Positions 6,626-16,094 of a DNA stretch of 64,000 nt are shown piece after piece. The stretch's first letter is position 1. Each line of letters begins with the position of its first letter. The notes beneath the pieces were generated by a model, which worked only from the letters and a program-made list of their open reading frames with translations, had not been told where the DNA came from and did no database searches. The DNA is from Vulcanimicrobiota bacterium (GTDB lineage: Bacteria; Vulcanimicrobiota; Vulcanimicrobiia; Vulcanimicrobiales; Vulcanimicrobiaceae), in the NCBI GenBank assembly GCA_963786105.1, contig CAWAXX010000016.1, positions 1-64,000 on the forward strand. Direction: 5' to 3'. The position numbers and the translations under genes are program-made.

Positions 6626-9420
6626 CCGAAATCATCCGCCGCGATTACCGCAGCACGCTGAACCTCCCCAAAACCAGTTTCCCGATGAAGGCCGAGCTTC
6701 CGAAGCGCGAGCCGGAGCGAGTCGCGTGGTGGCGGGATCGCAAGACGTACGAGCGTCGCTTGGAGCGCAATGCGTCCGCAGAGCCGTGGATTCTTCACGA
6801 CGGACCGCCGTACGCAAACAACAACCTGCACGTGGGCGGTTTTTTCAACATGGTCCTCAAGGACATGTTCGTCAAGATCGCTTTGCTGTCGGGCAAGTAC
6901 GCCAAGTTCGTGCCCGGCTGGGACATGCACGGACTGCCGATCGAGCTGGAGACGCTCAAGCATTTGGGCATTCGCGATTTTCATGTGATCGATCCGCTGG
7001 AGCTGCGGGAGAAGTGCAAAGAGCGCGCGCTGTTTTGGCTCGACCGCCAGCGCGAGACGCGTATCCGCATGGGGAACTTCGGTCTTTGGGAGCGTCCGTA
7101 TCGCACGATCGACCCGTCGTTCGAGGCGACGATCGTTTCGGCGCTGGCCGACCTCGCCGAAAAGCAGCAGATCTACAAGGGCCTGCGTTCGACGCTATGG
7201 TGCGTCCACGACGAAACGGCGCTTGCCGAAGCCGAGATCGAATACGAAGAGAAAATCTCGCCGTCGATCTACGTCCGCTTTCGGGCGAACGCCGAGCAAA
7301 ATCGGGAGATCCTGCGACTATTCGCTCGCGATGCGGCGCCCGGAACCGAGCTCGAGGAGAAACCGCTTGCGGTCCTGATCTGGACGACGACGCCGTGGAC
7401 GCTGCCCGCCAACGCGGCCATCGCCTTGCGTCCGGATGCCACCTACGGATTGTACGATCTGGGCGACGAACGCCTCGTTCTCGCGGTTTCGTTGGCCGAG
7501 CGGGCACTCGGCGATCGTTTTGCGGACGCGAAACTCGTCGCGCGCGCGGCCGGCATTGATCTCGACGGACTGGCCGTCCACCATCCTTTCCTGGATCGCG
7601 ACTCGCTAATCGTGTTAGCCGACTACGTCGATCTCGAAACCGGAACCGGTGCCGTGCATACGGCGCCCGGCCACGGTGCCGACGATTTTGATACCGGAAT
7701 TAAGTACAATCTTCCGATTCTCAATCCGGTCGACGCCGCCGGCCGCTTCACGCGGGAAGCGGGACCGTACGCCGGCGCGAATATCTTCAAGGCCAACGCG
7801 ACGATCGTCGACGATCTTCGAGCAAGCGGAGCGCTGTGGAGCGTCGAGGAGTACGCCCACTCCTACCCGCACTGCTGGCGCTGTCACAACCCGGTGATTT
7901 TCCGCGCCACCGCGCAGTGGTTCATTGCTATGGATCAAAATCTGTTACGGCAGCGCTCGATCGATGCCATCGCCGGCGTCGAGTACGTTCCGGAATGGGG
8001 AAGAATCCGCCAGCGCCAGATGATCGAAACGCATCCCGAATGGTGTATCTCTCGCCAACGCACGTGGGGTACGCCCATACCCGCGCTCGCGTGCCTTTCG
8101 TGCGGCGAATCCGTGCTCGATCCCGGCGTTGCGCGCCGCGCCGCGAAGCGGTTTGGCGAAGCGGGGGCCGACGCGTGGTGGACGGATTCCGTAGAAACGT
8201 TCCTCCCGCCGCACTTCACCTGTCCGAATTGCGGCGGCGAGCGCTTCGAAAAAGAATGGAACATCGTCGATATCTGGTTTGAGTCCGGCGTCACCCACCT
8301 CGCAGTACTCGGGCGCGACGGAATGCCGTGGCCGAGCGATCTCGTCCTCGAAGGCGGCGATCAATATCGCGGCTGGTTCCGAAGTTCGCTCATCACCGGC
8401 GTAGCGGTCAAAGGTCGCGCCCCCTACCGTCGCGTTCTCAAGCACGGTTGGGTGAACGACGAGCAGGGACGCGCGATGTCGAAGTCGTTGGGAACCGGGA
8501 TCGGCGCGGGCGAGGCGATGGAGAAGTGGGGCGCGGACGTGTTGCGGCTGTGGGTCGCGTCGGTCGAGTTCGTCGACGACGTGCGCTTCGGACCGAACGT
8601 CGTCGAACAGATCGGCCGCGTCTATCGTAACTTACGCAATCGCATCCGGTTCATGCTCTCTAACCTCGACGACATGAATTCCGCCGGGATCGTGGAGCGC
8701 GGCGCTATGCAGCCGTTGGATCGACTGGCGTGTGCCGTTACCGACGCGTTCGTCACCGAGGTTACCGGGGCGTACGAAACTTTCGAGCTTCACGACGCCT
8801 ACTTGCGGATCATCGAATTCGAAAGCGCAATGTCGAGTTTGTATTTTGACGCGCTCAAAGACCCGCTCTACTCGCGCGCCGCCGACGACGCCAGGCGGCG
8901 CAGCGCGCAGTCGGCCTTACTCTACGTGCTGACCCGTTTCCTAACGGCACTCGCTCCAGTGCTGTCCTTTACTGCCGAGGAAGCCTGGCAGGCGCTTCCG
9001 GCATCGCTCCGAGAAGAGATCGAGAGCGTCTTCGATCTGTCGTTCCAAACCGATCGTCTCCAGCGGGAAGTGCCGTCGGAAGACCTGGAGTTGTGGGAGC
9101 AACTTCGCACGTTGCGCGCGCGCGTTGCCGCCAGCGAATCTCCCCGCGACTTCGAAGCCAAGCTTCGGCTAAAAGTATCGTCACCGCTCTACCGCCGGCT
9201 AGCTCCGCTGGGCGACAACCTGCGCGAAACGATGGTCGTCTCGCAACTGGAACTGGAGGAAGCCCCGGGGGACGATGCCGACGTCGCCGCCTTCGACCTC
9301 GTTCCCGCTGACGGCGAGAAGTGCGAGCGTTGTTGGAAGTTCCGCGAACTGGGGATCGATGCCGCGCATCCCACCATTTGCGCGGACTGTGCCTCGGTCG
9401 TTAACGCAGGGCCGAAATGA
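6622..9420 (+). CDS. ileS: Isoleucine--tRNA ligase (type 1)
   Basis: ATG overlaps the csaB stop (ATGA). TLNLPKTSFPMKA, LHDGPPYAN, PGWDMHGLPIE, WTTTPWTLPAN, GTGAVHTAPGHG, WCISRQRTWG, EGGDQYRGWF, C-terminal CERCW...CADC zinc finger. 932 aa. Confidence 0.97.
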   Translation: MTEIIRRDYRSTLNLPKTSFPMKAELPKREPERVAWWRDRKTYERRLERNASAEPWILHDGPPYANNNLHVGGFFNMVLKDMFVKIALLSGKYAKFVPGWDMHGLPIELETLKHLGIRDFHVIDPLELREKCKERALFWLDRQRETRIRMGNFGLWERPYRTIDPSFEATIVSALADLAEKQQIYKGLRSTLWCVHDETALAEAEIEYEEKISPSIYVRFRANAEQNREILRLFARDAAPGTELEEKPLAVLIWTTTPWTLPANAAIALRPDATYGLYDLGDERLVLAVSLAERALGDRFADAKLVARAAGIDLDGLAVHHPFLDRDSLIVLADYVDLETGTGAVHTAPGHGADDFDTGIKYNLPILNPVDAAGRFTREAGPYAGANIFKANATIVDDLRASGALWSVEEYAHSYPHCWRCHNPVIFRATAQWFIAMDQNLLRQRSIDAIAGVEYVPEWGRIRQRQMIETHPEWCISRQRTWGTPIPALACLSCGESVLDPGVARRAAKRFGEAGADAWWTDSVETFLPPHFTCPNCGGERFEKEWNIVDIWFESGVTHLAVLGRDGMPWPSDLVLEGGDQYRGWFRSSLITGVAVKGRAPYRRVLKHGWVNDEQGRAMSKSLGTGIGAGEAMEKWGADVLRLWVASVEFVDDVRFGPNVVEQIGRVYRNLRNRIRFMLSNLDDMNSAGIVERGAMQPLDRLACAVTDAFVTEVTGAYETFELHDAYLRIIEFESAMSSLYFDALKDPLYSRAADDARRRSAQSALLYVLTRFLTALAPVLSFTAEEAWQALPASLREEIESVFDLSFQTDRLQREVPSEDLELWEQLRTLRARVAASESPRDFEAKLRLKVSSPLYRRLAPLGDNLRETMVVSQLELEEAPGDDADVAAFDLVPADGEKCERCWKFRELGIDAAHPTICADCASVVNAGPK

Positions 9421-10054
9421 GGGCCTTCGCCACGCCGGCGCTCGACTGGGGATTCTGACCGGTAATCCACGTCCCGTCGATTTCAACGTGATCCTGCCAC
9501 GGCGCACGTTCCACCACGGTGGCGCCCTGTTCGCGCAACTTTGAGGCAAGAAGGAACGGCATAAGCGGCGCCAGCCCGGTAGCGCGCTCCTCTTCGTCGG
9601 TAAAACACGTGATCGTTTTTCCGGAGACGAGCGTCTTCGGCTCGCCGGCGCGAATCGCGTCGACGAACGCCGCCGGACCGTGGCACACCGAGACGACCAG
9701 CTTCCCCTGTGCGTCGAACTCGCTCAGCAGCGTTTTTACCGGCAGGCTCGTCGCCAAGTCGAACATCGTACCGTGTCCGCCCGGGATGAAGATTGCGTCG
9801 TACAGTAAGGCGTCGCCGACCTCGTGCAACGGATGCGTTTGCGCGAGTGCTGGCGCGGCGTCGCCGAGATCGACGCCCTCGAGACTGCGCGGGTCTAGCG
9901 GTACCTGGCCGCCGCGCGGGCTAGCGGTGACGATCTCGAAACCGGCGTCGCGAAGGGCGGCGTACGGCGTCGTAAACTCCTCGAGCCACAGACCGGTCTC
10001 GTGATCGGAGTCGATCTCGGCATGGCTGGTGACGACGAACAGAATTTTCGGCAT
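9401..10054 (-). CDS. DJ-1/PfpI (type 1 glutamine amidotransferase-like) family protein
   Basis: KILFVVTSH, TGLWLEEFTTPY, IFIPGGHGTMFDL, SVCHGPAA, ITGQNPQS. Confidence 0.9.
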   Translation of the reverse strand: MPKILFVVTSHAEIDSDHETGLWLEEFTTPYAALRDAGFEIVTASPRGGQVPLDPRSLEGVDLGDAAPALAQTHPLHEVGDALLYDAIFIPGGHGTMFDLATSLPVKTLLSEFDAQGKLVVSVCHGPAAFVDAIRAGEPKTLVSGKTITCFTDEEERATGLAPLMPFLLASKLREQGATVVERAPWQDHVEIDGTWITGQNPQSSAGVAKALISALR

Positions 10055-10072
10055 GACGATGCTCCCCTTCGG

Positions 10073-11200
10073 TTATGCCCCGGTAACGGCGGTCAAAACG
10101 CCGCTTCGAAAATCGGCCCAAGTGCCTGCGGCAATAGCGCCTCGGGCTTCGCGTAAGAGCTCGTTGAGCAGATACACGTTATGGTACGAGAGCAGCCGCG
10201 GCCCGAGCATTTCCTTGCTGCGGAAGAGATGCGCGAGGTACGCGCGACTGAACGTGCGGCAAACCGAGCAGCCGCACCGCGAATCGACCGGCGCGAAGTC
10301 GGCGACGTGGGCCGCGTTGAATAGGTTGAAATGTCCCGAGCGGGACATGGCGCGCCCGTTACGGCCGCACCGCGTCGGATACACGCAGTCGAACATGTCG
10401 ATGCCGGCGTCGACCGCTTCGATGAGATCGCGCACCGTGCCGACGCCCATCAGATAGCGAGGCCTTTCGCGCGGTAACAAATGCGCGCACGCACGCGCGA
10501 CGGCGTACATTTCGGCGCGCGTTTCACCGACCGACAATCCGCCGATGGCGTATCCGGGAAAATCGAGCTCGACCAGTTCGCGCGCGCTACGCTCGCGCAA
10601 TGCGAGATCGAGTCCGCCTTGCACGATCCCGAAAAGCAACGTGGCGGACGAACGGTGCGCGGCTGCCGAACGCCGCGCCCAGTCGCTCGTGAGGCGCACC
10701 GACGCTTCGAGTTCTGCGGTGGCCGCCGGGAGCTTTACGCACACGTCGAGCACCATCGCGACATCGACCCCAATCGCCTCACCAAAAGCGACGACGCTCT
10801 CCGGCGTAAACCGGTGTTCGCTTCCGTCGAGGTGCGAGCGAAACGTCACCCCGTCGCCGTCGAGCGTACGCCGTCCCTCCAGGCTAAAGACTTGAAAGCC
10901 GCCGGAGTCGCTGAGGATCGGGCCGTCCCAGGCCATAAAACGGTGAAGGCCGCCGGCACGCTCGATGACGTCGCGACCCGGGCGCAGCCATAAGTGGTAC
11001 GCGTTTGCAAGCACGATCTGGGCGTGCGCTTCGCGCAGGTCTTGCGGCGTCAAGCCTTTCACGGTTGCGGCGGTCCCAACCGGCATGAAGCACGGCGTCT
11101 CGACCTTGCCGTGCGTTAGCGTTAGCGTTCCGTTCCGAGCGCGGCCGTCGGCGGCGTTCAAAACGAAGATCGGCGCGCTGCTGGTGGCGCCGTCAGCCAC
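10073..11200 (-). CDS. tgt: Queuine tRNA-ribosyltransferase (tRNA-guanine transglycosylase)
   Basis: FMPVGT, NAYHLWLRPG, DSGGFQVFSL, GIVQGG, GGLSVGE, DMFDCVYPTR, CGCSVC zinc site. GTG start at 11200 chosen (overlaps the upstream stop). Confidence 0.95.
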   Translation of the reverse strand: MADGATSSAPIFVLNAADGRARNGTLTLTHGKVETPCFMPVGTAATVKGLTPQDLREAHAQIVLANAYHLWLRPGRDVIERAGGLHRFMAWDGPILSDSGGFQVFSLEGRRTLDGDGVTFRSHLDGSEHRFTPESVVAFGEAIGVDVAMVLDVCVKLPAATAELEASVRLTSDWARRSAAAHRSSATLLFGIVQGGLDLALRERSARELVELDFPGYAIGGLSVGETRAEMYAVARACAHLLPRERPRYLMGVGTVRDLIEAVDAGIDMFDCVYPTRCGRNGRAMSRSGHFNLFNAAHVADFAPVDSRCGCSVCRTFSRAYLAHLFRSKEMLGPRLLSYHNVYLLNELLREARGAIAAGTWADFRSGVLTAVTGA

Positions 11201-12092
11201 GTTCGCGCAGCAACTCACGAGCGCGTGCGTAGCCTTCCGGAGGATCCACCTCGAACTCGAGCTTCGTTCCGGTACGCGGATGGACGAAAGAAAGGCGCCA
11301 CGCGTGCAGTGCTTGCCCGGGAAGCTCGAACCGCGACTCTTGCCTTCCGTACGCGCGATCGTTGACGAGGGCGTGGCCCATCGCGGCCATGTGCACGCGG
11401 ATTTGATGCGTTCGTCCCGTGTCGAGACGGAAGACCAGTTCGGCATGCTTCGGAAAAATCTCGCGCACTTCGTAGTGCGTGACCGCAGGCTTGCCTTCGC
11501 CGGCGATGGCGAACTTCAACCGGTTCTTTGGGTCGCGTCCGATAGGCCCGTCGATCGTACCGCGACGATGCTCCGGCACGCCGTGAATCAGTCCGAGGTA
11601 CTCACGCGTTATCGCGCGCGACTTCATCGCGATTCCGAGCGCCGACAAGGCCGCGTCGTTCTTGGCGACGACCAGCAACCCGGACGTGTCGCGGTCGAGG
11701 CGATGCACCAAGCCGGGCCGCAAGGCATCGCCGGGAAGATCGGTGCCGAAATGTGCGAGCAGCGCGTTGACGAGCGTTCCGCTTCTGGAGCCGTGGGCAG
11801 GATGAGTGACCATGCCGGCGGGCTTGTCGATCACGACGAGGTCTTCGTCCTCGAAGACGATCGGCACGTCGATGGCCTCCGGCAGGGCGATAAGTTCCGG
11901 GCGCCGGCGAATCTCGAACTCGAGCACGTCGCCTAGCTCGAGCGGTCTGCTGGCCTTACCCGAAACGCCGTTAATGCGAACGTCGCCGCGCTTGAGCGCG
12001 TCGGCCACCAGAGCCCGCGAGGCACCGGAGAGGCGCGCAACGACGACGTCGGTACGTTTGCCGGCCTCGTCAGCGGTGGCGACGTGTAACAA
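11193..12092 (-). CDS. rluD: RluA/RluD-family 23S rRNA pseudouridine synthase
   Basis: N-terminal S4-like domain, VIDKPAGMVTHP, GLVHRLDRDTSGL, TGRTHQIRVH, QALHAW. Confidence 0.92.
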   Translation of the reverse strand: MLHVATADEAGKRTDVVVARLSGASRALVADALKRGDVRINGVSGKASRPLELGDVLEFEIRRRPELIALPEAIDVPIVFEDEDLVVIDKPAGMVTHPAHGSRSGTLVNALLAHFGTDLPGDALRPGLVHRLDRDTSGLLVVAKNDAALSALGIAMKSRAITREYLGLIHGVPEHRRGTIDGPIGRDPKNRLKFAIAGEGKPAVTHYEVREIFPKHAELVFRLDTGRTHQIRVHMAAMGHALVNDRAYGRQESRFELPGQALHAWRLSFVHPRTGTKLEFEVDPPEGYARARELLRERG

Positions 12093-12561
12093 GGCTCGAA
12101 AGCAGCAATAAACCGACTCCGACCGTGATGCACGAGTCGGCGATGTTGAAGATGTTGGGCCAGATCCGATAAAAATCGATGAAATCGATCACAAAGCCGT
12201 AGTGGACGCGATCGATGATGTTGCCGATCGCACCGCCGACGATCATCCCGAACGCAATCCGTACCGTCAGCGAGCGTGCGGCGGCGTCACGAAAGCTGAA
12301 CCAGAAAAGTACCAAAACGACGATAGCCATCCCGATCAGCAGCACGGCGTTACTGCCGAACAGTCCGAACGCTCCGTGCACGTTCCGCTCGAACGTCCAC
12401 TTCAAGAAGTGGGGAATCACGAACCGGCTTTCGCCCGGCAGGAACGACGTAACGACCAGATGCTTGGTGTATTGGTCGAGCCAAAGCACGGCGATGGCGA
12501 CGCCGGCAATAACGAGCGTGTTGGCTAACGCGGAGCGCTTAAAGTTTCGGTTGAGGGACAA
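12070..12561 (-). CDS. lspA: Lipoprotein signal peptidase II
   Basis: LDQYTK, NVHGAFG, GGAIGNIIDR, VIDFID, FNIADSCITVG. Start (TTG 12561) is uncertain. Confidence 0.92.
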   Translation of the reverse strand: MSLNRNFKRSALANTLVIAGVAIAVLWLDQYTKHLVVTSFLPGESRFVIPHFLKWTFERNVHGAFGLFGSNAVLLIGMAIVVLVLFWFSFRDAAARSLTVRIAFGMIVGGAIGNIIDRVHYGFVIDFIDFYRIWPNIFNIADSCITVGVGLLLLSSLVTRRHR

Positions 12562-13270
12562 ATTGATAGAACCATCCTGCGACGTTGAGGAATGCATTGT
12601 TGACCAACACCAAACCGACGACAATTAGGAACGCTCCGGCGGCAAACTCGATCGCCGGAAGAAAACGTTTCACCCGATTGAGAGCGGGAAGCACGGCGCC
12701 GATGGCGGCAGCGGTGATAAGAAACGGCACCGCTAATCCAAGCGAGTACGCGCCCAGCAACACCGCCGCTTGGCCGTTGTGCTGCTGAGATGCAATCGCG
12801 AGAATCCCCGCCAGAATCGGCCCGATGCAGGGCGACCACCCGGCGGCAAACGCCATGCCGACGACCAGCGACGTCCAGAACGATCGGCGATCGTGCTGCG
12901 CGTGCGCGCGCTTATCCATCATGAGAAACGGAATGCGGATCATACCCATCATCTGCAATCCGAGAATCACGACGATGACGCCTCCGATCTGCGAAATCAG
13001 GGTGCGGTGCTCGTTCAGCAGCCCACCGATCGCGCTCGCTGTCAGCCCGAGGATGACGAACACGACGCCGAAGCCGAGGACGAAGGCGATCGCGTGCGCC
13101 AGCGTCTGGGCTCGCGCGCCGGCCGCGGTCTCGGCCTTCAGATCTTCGAGACTTTCACCCGTCAGCAACGAAAGGTAGGCCGGAACCAGCGGAAGGACGC
13201 ACGGCGATACGAAGGAAACGAGCCCGGCCAGGAAGGCGATGCCGACCGTAATGTGCGTCGTCGAGGTCAT
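12539..13270 (-). CDS. ccdA: Cytochrome c biogenesis / disulfide interchange protein CcdA
   Basis: AGLVSFVSPCVLPLVPAY and FAAGWSPCIGPILAGIL; six TM helices. Confidence 0.92.
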   Translation of the reverse strand: MTSTTHITVGIAFLAGLVSFVSPCVLPLVPAYLSLLTGESLEDLKAETAAGARAQTLAHAIAFVLGFGVVFVILGLTASAIGGLLNEHRTLISQIGGVIVVILGLQMMGMIRIPFLMMDKRAHAQHDRRSFWTSLVVGMAFAAGWSPCIGPILAGILAIASQQHNGQAAVLLGAYSLGLAVPFLITAAAIGAVLPALNRVKRFLPAIEFAAGAFLIVVGLVLVNNAFLNVAGWFYQFVPQPKL

Positions 13271-13314
13271 GCGCCCGAAATGGTTATCCCGCCGTCTGAA
13301 TAAGGCCTGTACGA

Positions 13315-14172
13315 ATGCATCACTGGTTCACCTATCCGACAAATATCGACCCGGTCGCGATCCATCTCGGCCCGCTCAAGATCCATTGGTACGGCATCGC
13401 CTACCTCGCGGCATTCGTTTGCGTCTACCTCTGGATGGCTCGGCCGGCCGGCCGCCTCCGCCTCGGTCTCACCAAAGAGCAGATTCAGGACTTTCTGTTT
13501 TACGGTCTGATCGGCGTGCTCGTCGGCGGGCGGACGTTCTTTGTGATAAACGACATCATCAGCAAGCACGATCTGTCGGTCTATCTTTCCAATCCCATCA
13601 ACTTTATCGCCGTATGGAATGGCGGCATGGCGTTCCACGGTGGATTGGTCGGCGTCATCGTCGCGATCGTGGTCTTCTTGCGAAAGCATCCCGGATTGCG
13701 ATTCCGGGTGCTCGGCGACGAGGTCGTGATGATGCTTCCGCTCGGCATCACGTTGGTGCGACTGGTCAACTTCGTGAACGACGAGCTGTGGGGATACGTG
13801 TGTAATCCCGACCGTGCGTGGTGCATGGTTCCAAAAGACGTCGTTGCTTGGGGAACGTCCTACCGTCATCCCGCGCAGCTGTACGAGGCTTGTCTCGACA
13901 TCCTGACGCTGCCGGTCCTGTTGATCCTGTATCGGCTCAAGCCGAAGGACGGCGTGGTTGCCTGGACGTGGTTTACGTTGTACGGCGTTACGCGCAGCCT
14001 TGCCGAAATCTGGCGACAGGCCGATTTCACGTGGATGGGCGTTTCGGGCGGACAGCTCTACGCGCTGCCGATGATCGTTATCGGGGCGATCGGGATAGCG
14101 TACTGCGCGACCCGGCCCGGCCCGCGCACGGAGGTCGCGCCCCCATCGATGGAGGTAGCGGTTCCGCGGTGA
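13315..14172 (+). CDS. lgt: Prolipoprotein diacylglyceryl transferase
   Basis: IDPVAIHLGPLKIHWYGIAY, GGMAFHGG, RLVNFVNDELWG, RHPAQLYE. Confidence 0.95.
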   Translation: MHHWFTYPTNIDPVAIHLGPLKIHWYGIAYLAAFVCVYLWMARPAGRLRLGLTKEQIQDFLFYGLIGVLVGGRTFFVINDIISKHDLSVYLSNPINFIAVWNGGMAFHGGLVGVIVAIVVFLRKHPGLRFRVLGDEVVMMLPLGITLVRLVNFVNDELWGYVCNPDRAWCMVPKDVVAWGTSYRHPAQLYEACLDILTLPVLLILYRLKPKDGVVAWTWFTLYGVTRSLAEIWRQADFTWMGVSGGQLYALPMIVIGAIGIAYCATRPGPRTEVAPPSMEVAVPR

Positions 14173-14837
14173 GCGACGGCGTCGGCGAGCGTTGCCGCCG
14201 CCTGATGCAGGCCATCGATTCCGAGCTGCTCGCCTGCGGCCGCCGTCCGGGAAGCGTGACGCTCGTCGGTGTCAGCAAGAAACAACCGCGCGAGGCCGTA
14301 GTCGCGGCCATTGCGGCGGGGCTGACCGACGTCGCTGAAAACTACGTGCAGGAGGCACAAAGGAAGCTTGCGTTGCTTCCAGCCGTGCGCAAGCACTTTA
14401 TCGGACACCTCCAGACGAACAAGGCAAAGGCCGTTGCGACGTTCTTCGACGTGGTTCAGAGCGTCGATCGCTTCGCTGCGGCGCACGCGTTGGACAAGGC
14501 CGCTCGAGCCGCCGGCAAGGCCTTGCCCGTGCTCGTGCAGATCAACGTCTCGCCGGTCGACCGTTTCGGGTGCCCGCCCGCCGAAGCGGCCGCGCTGGCC
14601 GAGGCGATCCGCGAGCTGCCGAGCCTGCGGCTCGAGGGCCTCATGGCGATCGGTCCGGTCACGGCGGATCGAGATGAGATCTCACGTGCTTTCCATCTCG
14701 CCGCCAAGACGTTTGGCAGCGTTGGTGGAACTACGCTGTCCATCGGGATGTCGGACGACTGGCGCGAGGCGGTGCGCGCCGGTTCGACGATGGTGCGGAT
14801 GGGCACGGCGCTCTTTGGCGGGAGGGAGAACCCATGA
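14169..14837 (+). CDS. yggS: YggS/PipY pyridoxal-phosphate homeostasis protein
   Basis: GTGA overlap with lgt. LVGVSKK, AENYVQE, HFIGHLQTNKAK, LSIGMSDDW, GSTMVRMGTALFG. Confidence 0.93.
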   Translation: MSDGVGERCRRLMQAIDSELLACGRRPGSVTLVGVSKKQPREAVVAAIAAGLTDVAENYVQEAQRKLALLPAVRKHFIGHLQTNKAKAVATFFDVVQSVDRFAAAHALDKAARAAGKALPVLVQINVSPVDRFGCPPAEAAALAEAIRELPSLRLEGLMAIGPVTADRDEISRAFHLAAKTFGSVGGTTLSIGMSDDWREAVRAGSTMVRMGTALFGGRENP

Positions 14838-15250
14838 GCATGTTCAGTAAAATCGGATCGTTCTTCTCGATTCGCGACGACGAGGAGGATTCGTACGACG
14901 ACGAGTTCGCGGGGAATCCCCGCGTCGTTTCATTGTCGCAAGCGGGTCGCCGCACCGGCACGGAAGTGAGCGTCTACTCGCCCCGCAGCTACCAGGACGT
15001 GGTAGAGATCGCCGACTCGCTGCGCAATCGCCAGGTCGTCATCGTCAACCTTCAGAACGCCGACCGCATGCTATTGCAGCGCGTCGTCGATTTCACGTCG
15101 GGTGTCGCGTATACGATCGATGGGAGGATTCAGAAGCTCGCCGAGGCCATCTACCTGGTTGTCCCTGCAGGCGTCGTCGTGAACGCCGCTGGGTTGCGCG
15201 AGTCGATGATGACCGACGGTACGCTCGATTTTATGTCGAACAGGCCCTAA
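14834..15250 (+). CDS. sepF: Cell division protein SepF
   Basis: PRSYQDVVEIADSLRNRQVVIVNL...RVVDFTSGVAYTIDGRIQKL; canonical position after yggS. Confidence 0.92.
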   Translation: MSMFSKIGSFFSIRDDEEDSYDDEFAGNPRVVSLSQAGRRTGTEVSVYSPRSYQDVVEIADSLRNRQVVIVNLQNADRMLLQRVVDFTSGVAYTIDGRIQKLAEAIYLVVPAGVVVNAAGLRESMMTDGTLDFMSNRP

Positions 15251-15271
15251 CGTTACATGAAGGTATAGACG

Positions 15272-15889
15272 ATGGAAAAAATCACAGCGGTCGACATTCA
15301 GCACAAGAGTTTCAAGAAAGCCTTGCAAGGATACGACCGTGCCGAGGTAGATGGCTTTCTCGACGAAGTCATCGAGACGCTCGAGGACGACGCGCAGCAT
15401 CGCGCCGCACTCGAAGCCGAAATCGCGGATCTCAAAGAGCGCGTCGGTCATTTTAAATCGATGGAAGAGTCGCTGCAAAACACCCTCGTGCTCGCGCAGC
15501 GCACCGCCGACGAAACCAAAGCCTCAGCGCACAAAGAAGCGGACTTGATTCGCGAGAAGGCGCGTCTCGAGGCCGAGCGCGAGATCGCCAGCTACAACGA
15601 TGCCATCGTCGAGGTCCGCCGCGAGCATCAGCGGACGGTAGAGGCGAGCGAAAGAGCGCGCAGCGAGCTCCGCAGCTTGCTCATGACGCACCTGTCGCTG
15701 GTCGAAAGAGTCGCGCCGCCCGCGCTGTCGCACGACGCCGTTCCATCCGAACCCAGTGCGCCGCCGGCAAAACCGCCGCAAGCTGCGGCCGGCAAACCCA
15801 ATGGCGAACGCATCGACGTCACCAATAGGCCGGCGTCCAAAAAAACCGAACCGCCCAGCGACGACACGACGAGAATCACGGTATATTGA
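15272..15889 (+). CDS. divIVA: DivIVA-family cell division protein
   Basis: ITAVDIQHKSFKKALQGYDRAEVDGFLDEV followed by coiled coil and a Pro-rich tail. Confidence 0.92.
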   Translation: MEKITAVDIQHKSFKKALQGYDRAEVDGFLDEVIETLEDDAQHRAALEAEIADLKERVGHFKSMEESLQNTLVLAQRTADETKASAHKEADLIREKARLEAEREIASYNDAIVEVRREHQRTVEASERARSELRSLLMTHLSLVERVAPPALSHDAVPSEPSAPPAKPPQAAAGKPNGERIDVTNRPASKKTEPPSDDTTRITVY

Positions 15890-15898
15890 CGGTCTTCT

Positions 15899-16091
15899 AG
15901 TGTCCCGTCTCAGGAGTGCGTCGCATAAAGTCGCCGGCGATTCCGCCGCCGCGACCCCCGGGCTGAGCGCTTCTCGGTCGCGGGCATCGTCACTCTTCGC
16001 TCGCAAAGCGCTGCTTTTGTCGCTCATCGTTTCTCGCCCCCGTTCCGAGAAGCGCTCAGCTTTATACGTCGCACTCCTGAGACGGGACACT
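15899..16091. mobile_element. MITE-like element, 193 bp, 32-bp terminal inverted repeats
   Basis: AGTGTCCCGTCTCAGGAGTGCGTCGCATAAAG (15899-15930) matches the reverse complement of 16060-16091 at 30/32. Nested perfect 16-bp IR GCTGAGCGCTTCTCGG/CCGAGAAGCGCTCAGC. No transposase; no clear target duplication. Confidence 0.7.
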
Positions 16092-16094
16092 CCC

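Noticed and set aside
10073..11200. tgt as a DNA-modifying (dpdA-like) or atypical transglycosylase
   Set aside because: Motifs and zinc site match ordinary bacterial tRNA TGT, in a housekeeping context without dpd genes.
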